Shown here: in pieces, positions 1-9,382 of the stretch | Numbering within the stretch: the stretch's first letter is position 1 | How the letters are laid out: every line of letters starts with the position of its first letter | IMG/VR virus record: IMGVR_UViG_2541047795_000004 | Direction: 5' to 3' (one strand) | DNA from: a virus | Taxonomy: Duplodnaviria; Heunggongvirae; Uroviricota; Caudoviricetes | DNA length: 44,950 nucleotides | Made by a program: the position numbers and the translations under genes | Notes under the pieces: model-generated | Databases searched by the model: none | What the model saw: only the letters and a program-made list of their open reading frames with translations | What the model was told of the DNA's origin: nothing

Positions 1-1236
1 CTACGATAACCGCGCATTCAACATGGCTATCTGTTCGTCGTTCATGTCATCAATCCACATACCGTAAATTTCATACACCATCTGCGCAGTTTCATGCCCC
101 ATTTGGCTGGCTATAAATGCCGGGTTCGCTCCTGCCGTCAACAGCCAGCAGGCAAAAGTATGCCGCGTATGGTACGGATTACGGCGGCGAATACCAGCAC
201 GTTTTACTGCTGCATTCCACCTTGCCCCCAAACTGCTTACCGAGTAATAAGGTTTTTGTTTTCCGTTACACACCCTGGGCATGAAAACAAAATGCAGTTT
301 TTGCTTTTCGGTTCTGCCGTACTCCCGATGATAAAAGGTGATTTCGCTTTTGCGATGATGCCCGGTCAGTTTGTATTGCTCCTTCAGTGCTTCAAGAGCA
401 GGCTGCAGTAGTGTTACTGTTCGGATCCCGGCATTTGTTTTTGGGGGACCGAACATATCAAGTATCGTCAGGTTTCTTCTGACATTCACTATTCCCTTTT
501 CGAGATCCACATCCTCCCACGCCAGAGCTGCCAGTTCCCCGTGACGAAGTCCTGAGTAAACGGCAAATTTCCACAAGTTCTGGCTCTGTCCTTTTTCACT
601 TTCCATTAATGCATTGAATTCTGTTTTAGATAACGGATCAGGCTTTATTCTGTTTCGCTGTAATTTTTTTACTCCTTCAAATGGTTTAGTTGATATAAAT
701 CCCGACTGATACGCAAAACGCAACAGCGAACAGAGCAGGGCGATATAGTTATCAACTGTGCGCACGGTTCTTCCTTTTTTGTTGGATCTTGGATTATCCA
801 GGTAAAGCGTTTCTCCATGCAGCAGTTCATTCCGGTAGTTTAAGATATCGCTATAACGAATATGTGATATCGGGGTACTTTCACAAATTATTATTCTGAG
901 TGTTTTTAATTGTGATTTCGTTTTCTTCATTGTGTTTGTTGTTAACTCTGTCTCTTTAATTTTTGTCCAGATATCACAAAGCTCTCCGAACGTTTTTATG
1001 ACTCTCGTTGTCACCATTTTTGCCCCAGTGCTGGACTGGGGAAAACGTCTTAAATACTCAAATTCACCGGAGTTTATTTCATGAACTATCAGCGATCTTA
1101 AATTTCCGGCCTTTTTAATATTACTGTTTGTAATCTCCCAGCCTTTTAATGTTTCCCGACATCGTTTTCCTCGAAACATGAACCAGATGCGAATGTATCT
1201 ACCTCTAATCTCGACACCTGTTGGTAATTTAGACAT
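1..1236 (-). CDS. intR: Phage tyrosine integrase (Rac IntR-like), complete; stop codon at 1-3
   Basis: 411-aa ORF with a C-terminal tyrosine-recombinase catalytic region (HTRHTFACWLLTAGANP); sits at the prophage end next to an excisionase-like gene. Confidence 0.9.
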   Translation of the reverse strand: MSKLPTGVEIRGRYIRIWFMFRGKRCRETLKGWEITNSNIKKAGNLRSLIVHEINSGEFEYLRRFPQSSTGAKMVTTRVIKTFGELCDIWTKIKETELTTNTMKKTKSQLKTLRIIICESTPISHIRYSDILNYRNELLHGETLYLDNPRSNKKGRTVRTVDNYIALLCSLLRFAYQSGFISTKPFEGVKKLQRNRIKPDPLSKTEFNALMESEKGQSQNLWKFAVYSGLRHGELAALAWEDVDLEKGIVNVRRNLTILDMFGPPKTNAGIRTVTLLQPALEALKEQYKLTGHHRKSEITFYHREYGRTEKQKLHFVFMPRVCNGKQKPYYSVSSLGARWNAAVKRAGIRRRNPYHTRHTFACWLLTAGANPAFIASQMGHETAQMVYEIYGMWIDDMNDEQIAMLNARLS

Positions 1237-1237
1237 A

Positions 1238-1453
1238 TCATGAGTCTTTGATAAACTGATTTATCTTTGGATAGTTGTACCAGATAATCCCTCGTTTGCT
1301 GTCTGGCTTACCTAAAGGAGATACTCGTTTGAAGTGGAAGCCCTCCACCCAACAGTTCTGGCGGTATGCTTCAATTTGTCTGGCCCCCAGACCAGTGCGA
1401 AGCATCAGGCCGTATTCAACCATCCACTCTTCATTAAAGATTACTTGTGCCAT
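1238..1453 (-). CDS. xisR: Excisionase-like small protein (71 aa from the internal ATG; the ORF could extend to a TTG at 1477)
   Basis: Small ORF immediately upstream of int on the same strand; ATG at 1453 is preceded by a GAGGTGA Shine-Dalgarno. Family assignment rests on position and size. Confidence 0.55.
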   Translation of the reverse strand: MAQVIFNEEWMVEYGLMLRTGLGARQIEAYRQNCWVEGFHFKRVSPLGKPDSKRGIIWYNYPKINQFIKDS

Positions 1454-1531
1454 CGCATCACCTCTGGCAGGCGCCAATGTTAGACTGAAATTGACGCCCG
1501 ATGTTGATTATTAATAATCAGCTATGAAGTT

Positions 1532-1741
1532 TTAATTTGAATACAATGCAATTCTCGAGGACTGAAGTTTCTCGCAATTAAAATTTATCAGTTTTACTTT
1601 CTGCTCTCTGGAAACGCCTGCTTCTTTTTTACCTGAGAGCATTTTTTCGCATTCTGATTTCGTTAGTTTAGATTTTGAATATCTTGTCCAGTTAGTAGGA
1701 GTGCCACCTTCCTTTTCAATAGTGGCGGTAATTTTATACAT
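1532..1741 (-). CDS. ydaC: Small hypothetical protein (YdaC-like), 69 aa
   Basis: ATG at 1741 preceded by GGAGGTG; start chosen inside the 93-aa ORF-track entry. Position between xis and lar matches the Rac layout as I recall it. Confidence 0.5.
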   Translation of the reverse strand: MYKITATIEKEGGTPTNWTRYSKSKLTKSECEKMLSGKKEAGVSREQKVKLINFNCEKLQSSRIALYSN

Positions 1742-1967
1742 GAACACCTCCATTATTATTTCCAGTGGTTCGTTTATTCCATCTTTCGAGTGCTTCTTTT
1801 TCACTTCCACCATAACCGGTTCGGGATTCGCATCCGTTACACTTCGCTCGGTAATATCCTGAAATGGCTTTCACCGTTACTGATGGACAACCACAAAATG
1901 GACATGGTTTAACATTGTCATATCTCATAATTTTTCTCATAAAAAATATTTCAAGTTGGCGGTGCAT
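1734..1967 (-). CDS. ralR: Lar/RalR-family restriction-alleviation zinc-finger protein (start may be an internal ATG at 1940 or 1928)
   Basis: Cys-rich motif KPCPFCG...CNGCES typical of the Lar family; overlaps the ydaC-like start by a few nt. Confidence 0.7.
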   Translation of the reverse strand: MHRQLEIFFMRKIMRYDNVKPCPFCGCPSVTVKAISGYYRAKCNGCESRTGYGGSEKEALERWNKRTTGNNNGGVHV

Positions 1968-1984
1968 TACACCGCCAGGCTGAA

Positions 1985-2794
1985 TTATTCCTCTGAATTA
2001 TCGATTACACTGTATTCCCCGGTTAATACAGAGGAATCTGCAGGATCGATTGTCAGTGGTTCCTTTTCATCCATTGATACTGCACGCTGGATCTCAATTG
2101 ATACGGGCAGATATTTGAACAGGCGACGAATAGCCGTTTTCTTTGCCATTTCTTCCCAGTGAGTTACCCACGGCCCGTTATTACCAGCTTTACTCAGGCT
2201 GCGCACCAGCTCAATCTGTTTGCGCGTCATAACTTCAAACTGAGTACCTCCGTCTTTCAGTCTTGCGACAGCATAGACGTGGGTAACCGGGGCATCTTCG
2301 TTTTCTCCCGGGCGGTGTATTAACTTTTCATCAAGGCCAAATTCGAAGCTAAACTCGTCACCTTCACGGACAACACGGGCTGACAGGCTGGCGATTTGAC
2401 CAGAACGGCGAGCCAGATCAATCATGCCGCGATAGCCAATGATTAGCTGAACGTTCTTTTTACCGCTCTTTTCGTTTTTATTACCAAAAGGCAGTAAATA
2501 TGCATGACCGAGGGCGCTACCTGGCTCAAGTCCGAGCTGTGAACACTGTACGATCGCACTGACAAAACTCATAGTGTCACAGTTTCCTAACGCCGGAACT
2601 TTACGAATTTCTGTGGTGGCGATACGGATCATACGTTCAGCCGTCATATGGCGTGGAAGAGCTGCTGCCAGTTGCTCTTTCATTGATGGCTGGTTAATAA
2701 AACTAATCACGTCGCTATTTTTAACTGCTGCTGGTGCACGGTTTCCCTGAGTTTTTTGCAGATCGGCTTTTGCGATTGGTGGTTGCTTAGTCAT
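1985..2794 (-). CDS. recT: RecT single-strand annealing recombinase, 269 aa
   Basis: Translation from [26 protein letters not shown] onward matches RecT as I remember it; ATG at 2794 has an AAGGA Shine-Dalgarno 8 nt upstream; overlaps the recE stop. Confidence 0.93.
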   Translation of the reverse strand: MTKQPPIAKADLQKTQGNRAPAAVKNSDVISFINQPSMKEQLAAALPRHMTAERMIRIATTEIRKVPALGNCDTMSFVSAIVQCSQLGLEPGSALGHAYLLPFGNKNEKSGKKNVQLIIGYRGMIDLARRSGQIASLSARVVREGDEFSFEFGLDEKLIHRPGENEDAPVTHVYAVARLKDGGTQFEVMTRKQIELVRSLSKAGNNGPWVTHWEEMAKKTAIRRLFKYLPVSIEIQRAVSMDEKEPLTIDPADSSVLTGEYSVIDNSEE

Positions 2795-5387
2795 TTGCAT
2801 ATTCCTTAGCCCAGCGGGGCAGTGATAATGTCTTAATAGCTGGCCATTCATCGGTATTCAGGCAGTCAGACAGGGTTCGCAGATTGCGGTGATATTCCTG
2901 TTGACCTGCCAGTTTTGCTTCTTCGCCCATCATGAAAATTTCAACCGGATAACGTCCGCATTCAATAGTTGTGCTGGCAACCAGAAAAACGAAAGTTGGC
3001 TGCACTCCAAACTGTGCTTCATAACCGTCACTGTAGAATGCATCCTGAACGTGATAGCGGTAGTCGTAATAAGCGGTTTTGAATCGTTGAATATCCGCCG
3101 TAGTTTTCACGTCCATGATCCAGTGAAATTCAGGGATAATTTTGTCCGGACGGCACCGACACAAAATTCCTGTTTCAGGATCTTTCCAGTAAATTGATGA
3201 TTCAGCGTGTCCGGCGCTTTCAACAAGCCATTGCCCCAGCGGCAAAGCCATAACGCTTTGATACATGAGTTCAATTTTCCGGCCTTCTTCCGCAGTGATA
3301 ACCGTTTTTCCTGTGCTTGCGCATTCCATCAGAAACGCTTTCTCTTCTTCTTTTCCGGCGTTTGTACGGCGGTTAAATTCAGGTGCTACGATAAAGCGGT
3401 TACTGAATTCTTCCGGTTCAAGTACCCGGCAGTGGAAAGCAGTTCCTAAATCGAGCGTTTTTGTCTTTGTGGTGTCCACGGGGGCATTTTTACGCCACAA
3501 ATATAGTGCCGGAGTATCAGCAATGTCATCGAGCTGAGACTTACTGATACCGGGACCCGCGTGGTAATTCTCATTCGAAATTCCGTAATAAATACCTGGC
3601 TCTATGTCTTCTACGATTACGGGATCTGCGACTTCGCCAGTTTCATCACTGCAATCGCGATGCGGATCGCTGCCAGCATTCTCATTGTGCGGATGTTCAG
3701 CGCCTTCCATTTCCTCCGGATCATTTTCCTTAGCTTCAACCTGACTCTCTTCATCGAATGTTTCCTGGTATGTTGCGTCGCCCATCACCGCACCACAGTC
3801 AGGGCAGTTATCCCCGCCAGTCTGGCCGCAGGCATTGCAGGCTATTTCCGGTTCCTGTTGCACTACTGGCTCAGGTTGATTCATATCTGGGCTGGTTTTT
3901 TCCGTTTCTGGCTGGTTCTGGTACACACAATCGCGAGTCTGGATCCCCTTTACCCATTTCGGATCGTTCGGGTCGCTAATTCCGTCAACAAATTCACCAC
4001 GTGATGCAGCAAGCAATTTATCGGCATCGACAGGATTTTTTGATGGAATGTTTTTCCGGGCTTCATGGAGTTCTGCCCGCAGTTCCTGATATTTCGCATC
4101 AACAGAATTTACCTGTGACTGAGCATCCAGCGGCTGCGTGTCCTGATGATGTTCAGTTGCGTCCGGTTCCATTGTTTCAGCCTCTCCCTGTTCAACTGCC
4201 GTTGTTCCAGATGGTTGCGGTTTTTCTTCATCATCCTGTTTTCCTTCTTCTGTTACTCGCTGCGGCATCGGGGCAGAGGAGCGACCGCAGGCAATATCCA
4301 CGATTTCCGGATCAGGGTTGGCATGATCGGTTTCAGTCAGTGCTTTGTTCAGATATTCAGTGACGTGCGCGGGGATGACCTCGATCCCAATTGGTGCTTC
4401 TTTTACGGACGCAACCACGATGGCGCGGGAATAATCCAGCCCGCCAGGCATGGTGATGAATTTGTCGCGGAAAACAGAAAAGGGCGGTTTATTTTCAGCG
4501 ATAATTTCCTCAATGCGTTTAGCGTGTGCCGGATGAAGGTTATAGATGTCCAGATCCATTGAACGGGCCAGTACGCCAGTGGCTACGTCGCGCGCCAGTG
4601 ACGTCAGATCGTGTACGAAACCTTCGCCGCGATCGGTGAGGTTTCCGCCGCCAGCATTAGCACCGGAAGCCGTGCGAGTGATGTGTGAAACACGATTACC
4701 CTTCATCCACTCTTTTGTCAGCAGTCCTCGATCGGTGTAGTCAGCGTTCAGGTATGCTTCGAAAAAAGCAGTTATCAGTCCCAGGTTTGAATTACCAGGA
4801 TTAGGGAAAACTTTGTCAGTGTCACGAACCAGTTTGTGGAGTTCGCGAATTTCCAGCGGGTCGAGCAGGCTGGTTTTGTGGGAAACAGCCAGGGCAGTAA
4901 CAGCCGGTAGTTCTTCAGCCCGAGCAATGTGTAATGCCTGGAGTCCGTCGCGTGAAACGTGCGTTACCGGTTTTTCGCTGCCGTGTTGAGCAAGCCAACG
5001 AATGGGCAGTTCCTGGCCAGAAATTGGGAGTAGCATATTCTCCTCAATCTCAGTCATGTCTTCGCCGTTGACGTTGGTATTGCCTTGATAGTGAGCGTTG
5101 TCTGGTGCTGCTCCCGGTTTTAGTTCCCATGTCATGGAGTCTTTGCTGAGTTGATAGCGTTCACTCCAGGTAAAATCGATCTCACCTTCAGCGGGCAGGT
5201 CATTAACGACAGGAAAATTCGTGGCAACAGCTTTAAAATAGCTGCTCAGTTTTTTACCTGACTTAACGATCAGGTAGTCCAGAGTGGCACAGGTCGATTC
5301 AAAATCGTTGCTTGCCCACAGGACGACGTCAGGTTCACCGGATGATTTTTTCGCTTTCCGTAACAGGAAGAGTGGTTTTGTGCTCAT
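2787..5387 (-). CDS. recE: RecE exonuclease VIII, 866 aa
   Basis: 866-aa ORF whose C-terminal region ([22 protein letters not shown]...) matches RecE as recalled; sits upstream of and overlaps recT. Confidence 0.93.
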   Translation of the reverse strand: MSTKPLFLLRKAKKSSGEPDVVLWASNDFESTCATLDYLIVKSGKKLSSYFKAVATNFPVVNDLPAEGEIDFTWSERYQLSKDSMTWELKPGAAPDNAHYQGNTNVNGEDMTEIEENMLLPISGQELPIRWLAQHGSEKPVTHVSRDGLQALHIARAEELPAVTALAVSHKTSLLDPLEIRELHKLVRDTDKVFPNPGNSNLGLITAFFEAYLNADYTDRGLLTKEWMKGNRVSHITRTASGANAGGGNLTDRGEGFVHDLTSLARDVATGVLARSMDLDIYNLHPAHAKRIEEIIAENKPPFSVFRDKFITMPGGLDYSRAIVVASVKEAPIGIEVIPAHVTEYLNKALTETDHANPDPEIVDIACGRSSAPMPQRVTEEGKQDDEEKPQPSGTTAVEQGEAETMEPDATEHHQDTQPLDAQSQVNSVDAKYQELRAELHEARKNIPSKNPVDADKLLAASRGEFVDGISDPNDPKWVKGIQTRDCVYQNQPETEKTSPDMNQPEPVVQQEPEIACNACGQTGGDNCPDCGAVMGDATYQETFDEESQVEAKENDPEEMEGAEHPHNENAGSDPHRDCSDETGEVADPVIVEDIEPGIYYGISNENYHAGPGISKSQLDDIADTPALYLWRKNAPVDTTKTKTLDLGTAFHCRVLEPEEFSNRFIVAPEFNRRTNAGKEEEKAFLMECASTGKTVITAEEGRKIELMYQSVMALPLGQWLVESAGHAESSIYWKDPETGILCRCRPDKIIPEFHWIMDVKTTADIQRFKTAYYDYRYHVQDAFYSDGYEAQFGVQPTFVFLVASTTIECGRYPVEIFMMGEEAKLAGQQEYHRNLRTLSDCLNTDEWPAIKTLSLPRWAKEYAND

Positions 5388-5488
5388 TGTTTTTTAACCT
5401 CAACTCAGATTAAAATTCGTTTTGTTCAGTGAATGATCTTGCCGGATACACACTGTTCATAGCCTGCGCCATACGCAGGCTATTTCTT

Positions 5489-5764
5489 TCAGATTTCACC
5501 TTTTAATTTCATTGCAATTAGAGTTGCCAGAAATTCGGCTTTTTTTTCTGCGGGCAGATTCTTTCCGATATGCACCAGGCACATTTTTTTGACACCTTCA
5601 TCAAGTGTTTTTACGTTGCCTGATGGACCATCGATATCAACCACAGTGAATGGGGTTTCTTTATTTTCTGTTTTAATTACGTAGCCAATGCGCTTTCCTT
5701 CCAGATTCACCTCGTGAACAATGTCATCGGTAGTTACAACAGTGGCTTCATAATTGGTAATCAT
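5489..5764 (-). CDS. racC: RacC-like small protein, 91 aa
   Basis: Start at MITNYEATVVTTDD with an AAGGAG Shine-Dalgarno; position upstream of recE. Confidence 0.75.
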   Translation of the reverse strand: MITNYEATVVTTDDIVHEVNLEGKRIGYVIKTENKETPFTVVDIDGPSGNVKTLDEGVKKMCLVHIGKNLPAEKKAEFLATLIAMKLKGEI

Positions 5765-5838
5765 GTTTTTCTCCTTAATTAAGGTTGAGCGAATACCTGC
5801 CATTTCTGGCATAAATTCAGTTTCGAATAGTCAATTAA

Positions 5839-6009
5839 TTAAAGTTCATGTGCCATCTGGTCTTTTTCGGCACAAGCTTCACTGCAATATTTTCTCGGTT
5901 CGTCTTTTGATAAAATCCCGTGCATGAAGTGAAGCATTCTTTCAATAGCTTTGCTTTCTTCAACGTCTTTTTTGCAAAGGTGGTAAGCACATTTTATTTT
6001 CTTAGTCAT
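5839..6009 (-). CDS. ydaE: YdaE-like Cys-rich small protein, 56 aa (below the ORF-track size cut-off)
   Basis: Hand-translated minus-strand [59 protein letters not shown]; its ATG overlaps the kilR stop as TGATG (6007-6011). Confidence 0.6.
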   Translation of the reverse strand: MTKKIKCAYHLCKKDVEESKAIERMLHFMHGILSKDEPRKYCSEACAEKDQMAHEL

Positions 6010-6230
6010 CACCATGACTCCGCCTTTACAGGTAAACCATCACGACCGAGGAAGACTTTAATCATGCGGTCAGTAATGCATGTTTTTGTGGTCAGGTTAC
6101 GAATATATAGTTTTCGCTTTTTAATATTGTTTGCCGAGGCAATATATGTCCGGCCTTCATGAAGAACATAATCGCCAGGAGTCACACACTGACGTGGTAT
6201 TTCATCAGTTCCGAAGTGATGTGCAATCAT
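6009..6230 (-). CDS. kilR: KilR-like cell-division inhibitor, 73 aa
   Basis: Sequence from [29 protein letters not shown] matches KilR as recalled; GGAGA Shine-Dalgarno before the ATG at 6230. Confidence 0.8.
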   Translation of the reverse strand: MIAHHFGTDEIPRQCVTPGDYVLHEGRTYIASANNIKKRKLYIRNLTTKTCITDRMIKVFLGRDGLPVKAESW

Positions 6231-6671
6231 AATTATCTCCATTTTTACAAATGAACTTTGTTGATGCGGTGCCTGGTGCCTCCAGGTGACTGCAACCAGT
6301 TAACAATTACAGTCGGCTTTCCCACCCAAACCAATAAGGACTAACATGACTTTTAACTGTGCCACGTGCGCTTAGCCGCATTCACCGCATCACAAAATTC
6401 ACTTTAAAAAGGGCGGACATCAGCCGAACTTCAAGAAAAAAACTGATGCCGCCAGGACTACACACAGCAATGTCGTTATTTACAACCGGAGGCGCACTCC
6501 CACCATTTAAATTTAACAGACAAGACCGACTCTTTATGGATATCGGAAATGCGCCTTCGTGTTGTGCCCGGTTTTATTTCACCACCTCCGGGCTTCGGTG
6601 GTCTCGGCTATACCCCTACAGCGAGAGCTTGTGTTAACATTTCAATACCCTTACAGTTGAGAGTTATTGAT

Positions 6672-7160
6672 ATGTTGGATGTATTTACTCCATTGTTGAA
6701 ACTTTTTGCTAACGAGCCACTCGAAAGACTTATGTATACGATTATCATTTTTGGTCTCACTCTCTGGCTGATACCGAAAGAGTTTACTGTCGCATTCAAT
6801 GCTTATACTGAAATACCTTGGCTCTTTCAGATTATCGTTTTTGCCTTTTCTTTCGTGGTCGCCATTTCCTTCTCAAGATTGCGAGCACATATTCAAAAGC
6901 ATTATTCATTACTACCAGAGCAACGAGTATTGCTTCGTTTATCTGAGAAAGAAATCGCTGTATTTAAAGATTTCCTTAAAACAGGAAATCTTATTATCAC
7001 TTCTCCTTGCCGTAACCCGGTTATGAAAAAATTAGAACGGAAGGGCATCATTCAACATCAGAGTGATAGCGCAAACTGTTCTTATTATCTCGTCACCGAA
7101 AAATACTCCCATTTTATGAAGTTATTCTGGAACAGCAGGAGTAGACGTTTTAATCGTTAG
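6672..7160 (+). CDS. sieB: Superinfection exclusion protein B, 162 aa, membrane protein
   Basis: Sequence from MLDVFTPLLKLFANEPLERLMYTIIIFGLTLWLIPKEF with hydrophobic helices; the ORF-track N-terminal extension from 6549 is probably not translated. Confidence 0.85.
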   Translation: MLDVFTPLLKLFANEPLERLMYTIIIFGLTLWLIPKEFTVAFNAYTEIPWLFQIIVFAFSFVVAISFSRLRAHIQKHYSLLPEQRVLLRLSEKEIAVFKDFLKTGNLIITSPCRNPVMKKLERKGIIQHQSDSANCSYYLVTEKYSHFMKLFWNSRSRRFNR

Positions 7161-7312
7161 CTTACTGTGTGCTTCTCCAACCATCGGCGCGCACCAGTTT
7201 CGGTTTTAAATGTTTTGCTTTTGGTATACGTCATGGCAGTGAACGTTCCATCCTGGTTGGGGAACACGCCGCACACCAGGGATTCGTTGTTGCCGAGGTC
7301 GATTTTTTGCAT
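7157..7312 (-). CDS. ydaF: YdaF-like small protein, 51 aa (hand-translated)
   Basis: Minus-strand ORF MQKIDLGNNESLVCGVFPNQDGTFTAMTYTKSKTFKTETGARRWLEKHTVS; converges on the sieB end. Confidence 0.5.
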   Translation of the reverse strand: MQKIDLGNNESLVCGVFPNQDGTFTAMTYTKSKTFKTETGARRWLEKHTVS

Positions 7313-7322
7313 TTTGCGAATC

Positions 7323-7457
7323 TCACATCTTGTTGCTACGTATAGCGACTTCTGCCTGCCAGAGATCCCAGTCGTTGCTGCGTAAAGCCTGCACAGCCTG
7401 GTTGTAAGTGATACCGCAACAATCCATCAAATACTGAACTACTTCGTAATGCACCAT
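7323..7457 (-). CDS. ydaG: YdaG-like small protein, 44 aa (hand-translated)
   Basis: Minus-strand ORF MVHYEVVQYLMDCCGITYNQAVQALRSNDWDLWQAEVAIRSNKM between racR and ydaF. Confidence 0.5.
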   Translation of the reverse strand: MVHYEVVQYLMDCCGITYNQAVQALRSNDWDLWQAEVAIRSNKM

Positions 7458-7744
7458 CTTATCTATCCCCTTAACGCCGGGTGGCGGAACTAACTGCTGC
7501 ACTGCAAAATTTGAATCCCGCCGTCATGTTCATACGCCTCGGGCTGGCTACTTAACCCCTGACCACTGCCTGGTAACTCGAAGTATTGCCCGGCGTTCTG
7601 TGGGGCGGGGTGGGTTGGTAGGTATATAATGTACTTTGTGTTCATCATTGTAAAGTACTTTAAGTACATTTTATGTATAAAAAAATGAGACGGGATAAAG
7701 TGAAGCACAAACCCGGAGGGGGACGCTACCGGATTTATGCTGGT

Positions 7745-8164
7745 TTAAGAGGCTTTTTGTTTTTTCTTTCGTGCTAACTCTTCGTAAATTGCATTGTACT
7801 TCTGTTTTTTCTCCTCAAGAGTTTTTAAAAGTTCATCTGTCTCACTGTCAGGGAGCTCGTCCAGAAGGTCAATGATGATTTTTTGTCTTGGATTTAACTC
7901 CTGATAGAAACGTATCTGTCCACTTTCTTCTGTATCCTCTCCCAAAAGATAGGTTGGTGTTGTTCCAATGAGTGTTGCTAATTCCCTTAATTTCTCTCGG
8001 CGAGGAATTGTTTCACCATTAAACCATTTGCTAACCGCTTTTGGTGTTAATTTCATTCGACGGGCAATTTCTGCCTGCCTTCCATGTTGTTCATAACCAG
8101 CGTTTTCACAGGCTAGCGCAAGCCTACTGGCGAACTCTTTACGCGCTTTATCTTCATGAACCAT
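7745..8164 (-). CDS. racR: Prophage repressor (RacR-like, HTH XRE-type, no LexA-like peptidase domain evident)
   Basis: N-terminal helix-turn-helix (QAEIARRMKLTPKAVSKWFNGETIP); divergent from a Cro-like gene; C-terminal part is acidic and Lys-rich with no S24 peptidase motifs. Confidence 0.75.
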   Translation of the reverse strand: MVHEDKARKEFASRLALACENAGYEQHGRQAEIARRMKLTPKAVSKWFNGETIPRREKLRELATLIGTTPTYLLGEDTEESGQIRFYQELNPRQKIIIDLLDELPDSETDELLKTLEEKKQKYNAIYEELARKKKQKAS

Positions 8165-8243
8165 AAGTTCAATGATATTCGCTCTTGAATGTACTGTCAG
8201 TTCTGTTATAGCATGTACTCAAAGTTCACATTGTGAGGATGAT
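8165..8243. promoter_or_regulatory. Divergent promoter/operator region between the repressor and the Cro-like gene
   Basis: 79-bp intergenic interval between divergent starts; contains repeated ATGTACT motifs (GAATGTACTGTCAG and GCATGTACTCAAAG). Confidence 0.4.
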
Positions 8244-8498
8244 ATGAACCAGAAAACACTTGAAGATGTAATCAAAACTGTTCGCGTTTCTGTTGTGGCC
8301 GACGTTTGTGGTGTCAGCCAAAGAGCAATCTACAAATGGATGGATAACGGAAAATTGCCTCGCACAGAATATACCGGCGAAACAAATTACGCTGAAAAAA
8401 TCGCTCATGCATCAAACGGATTATTTTCTGCCGATGCAATTTTAACTATTGGCAGAAATAAAACTACTACGAAAAAGCTGATGGGAGTTGATTCATGA
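8244..8498 (+). CDS. ydaS: Cro-like HTH regulator (YdaS-like); start uncertain (ORF open from 8172)
   Basis: HTH motif VADVCGVSQRAIYKWMDNGKLP; ATG at 8244 has a GAGGA Shine-Dalgarno, whereas the ATG at 8172 would leave only 8 nt to the divergent repressor start. Confidence 0.6.
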   Translation: MNQKTLEDVIKTVRVSVVADVCGVSQRAIYKWMDNGKLPRTEYTGETNYAEKIAHASNGLFSADAILTIGRNKTTTKKLMGVDS

Positions 8499-8917
8499 AA
8501 ATCAAGCATGAGCACATCGAATCAGTGTTGTTAGCCCTGGCAGCCGAAAAAGGGCAGGCGTGGGTCGCTAACGCAATTACTGAAGAATATCTGCACCAGG
8601 GGGGCGGCGAATTGCCCCTGGTACCAGGCAAGGACTGGAACAATCAGCAGAATATCTATCATCGTTGGTTGAAAGGTGAAACGAATGCGCAAAGGGAAAA
8701 AATTCAGAAACTGATCCCTGCGGTTCTGGCAATTCTTCCTCGCGAGCTGCGTCACCGACTCTGCATCTTCGATACCCTGGAACGCCGTGCATTACTGGCG
8801 GCACAGGATGCACTGAGTACGGCAATTGATGCGCATGATGATGCAGTCCAGGCCGTTTACCGTAAAGCACATTTCAGCGGCGGCGGTTCTCCTAGCGATT
8901 CTGTCGTAGTGCATTGA
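8495..8917 (+). CDS. ydaT: YdaT-like protein, 140 aa (possible CII-like regulator or toxin)
   Basis: 140-aa ORF overlapping the Cro-like stop; size and position match YdaT as recalled. Confidence 0.6.
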   Translation: MKIKHEHIESVLLALAAEKGQAWVANAITEEYLHQGGGELPLVPGKDWNNQQNIYHRWLKGETNAQREKIQKLIPAVLAILPRELRHRLCIFDTLERRALLAAQDALSTAIDAHDDAVQAVYRKAHFSGGGSPSDSVVVH

Positions 8918-8961
8918 TTGAAATTAATCGTACCGAACTGTTTTGTTCGGTATCAGTTAAA

Positions 8962-8982
8962 TGTAACGCTGCGAGCGTTACA
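8962..8982. repeat. 21-bp palindrome TGTAACGC-N5-GCGTTACA, copy 1
   Basis: Perfect 8-5-8 inverted repeat read directly from the sequence, just upstream of the replication gene start. Confidence 0.7.
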
Positions 8983-9153
8983 AGGTGAAAACAAATGGCT
9001 TCAAACTGGATAAAGCTCGAAGTTATTACGCCGGATAAGCCGGAAATATTCAGGCTTGCTGAGATTCTGAATATTGATCCAGATGCCGCATTAGGGAAAG
9101 TCATTCGCTTCTGGGCATGGGCGGATCAACAAATGATAGACGGTAACGCAGAG

Positions 9154-9174
9154 TGTAACGCTCGAGGCGTTACA
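9154..9174. repeat. 21-bp palindrome TGTAACGC-N5-GCGTTACA, copy 2
   Basis: Perfect 8-5-8 inverted repeat inside the replication gene; a GGTAACGC half-site lies at 9142-9149. Confidence 0.7.
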
Positions 9175-9361
9175 AAAAGTGCAATAGACCGTATCACTTT
9201 TATGGCTGGTTTTGCTGATGCGTTAATTCAGGTTGGATGGCTGGTCGAAAGTGATGGAGTGCTTTCACTACCAAACTTTGAGCGTCATAACGGAAAAAGC
9301 TCGAAAAAAACGGGCGGTTACAAACGAGAGAGTTACAAAAATACGCGAACTGAAGCGAAAA

Positions 9362-9382
9362 GGTAACGCTGCCAGCGTTACA
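9362..9382. repeat. 21-bp palindrome GTAACGC-N7-GCGTTAC, copy 3
   Basis: Same half-sites as copies 1 and 2; further GTTACAAA and GCGTTACC half-sites nearby (9317-9340, 9398-9406). Confidence 0.65.

Noticed and set aside
2889-4740. Several plus-strand ORFs of 64-147 aa inside recE
   Set aside because: All are antisense to the 866-aa RecE ORF; none has a convincing ribosome-binding site.
5920-6162. 80-aa plus-strand ORF
   Set aside because: Overlaps the minus-strand ydaE and kilR genes, which have coupled starts and stops and good ribosome-binding sites.
6359-6637. 92-aa plus-strand ORF, and the N-terminal extension of the sieB ORF from 6549
   Set aside because: No recognisable features; the SieB sequence I recall starts at MLDVF (6672), so upstream reading is probably untranslated leader.
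7167-7385. 72-aa plus-strand ORF
   Set aside because: The minus-strand YdaF-like and YdaG-like small ORFs occupy the same interval and fit the operon direction.
7490-7708. 72-aa minus-strand ORF between the ydaG-like gene and the repressor
   Set aside because: Could be a small early-left gene, but I could not recognise it or find a clear start; left unannotated.
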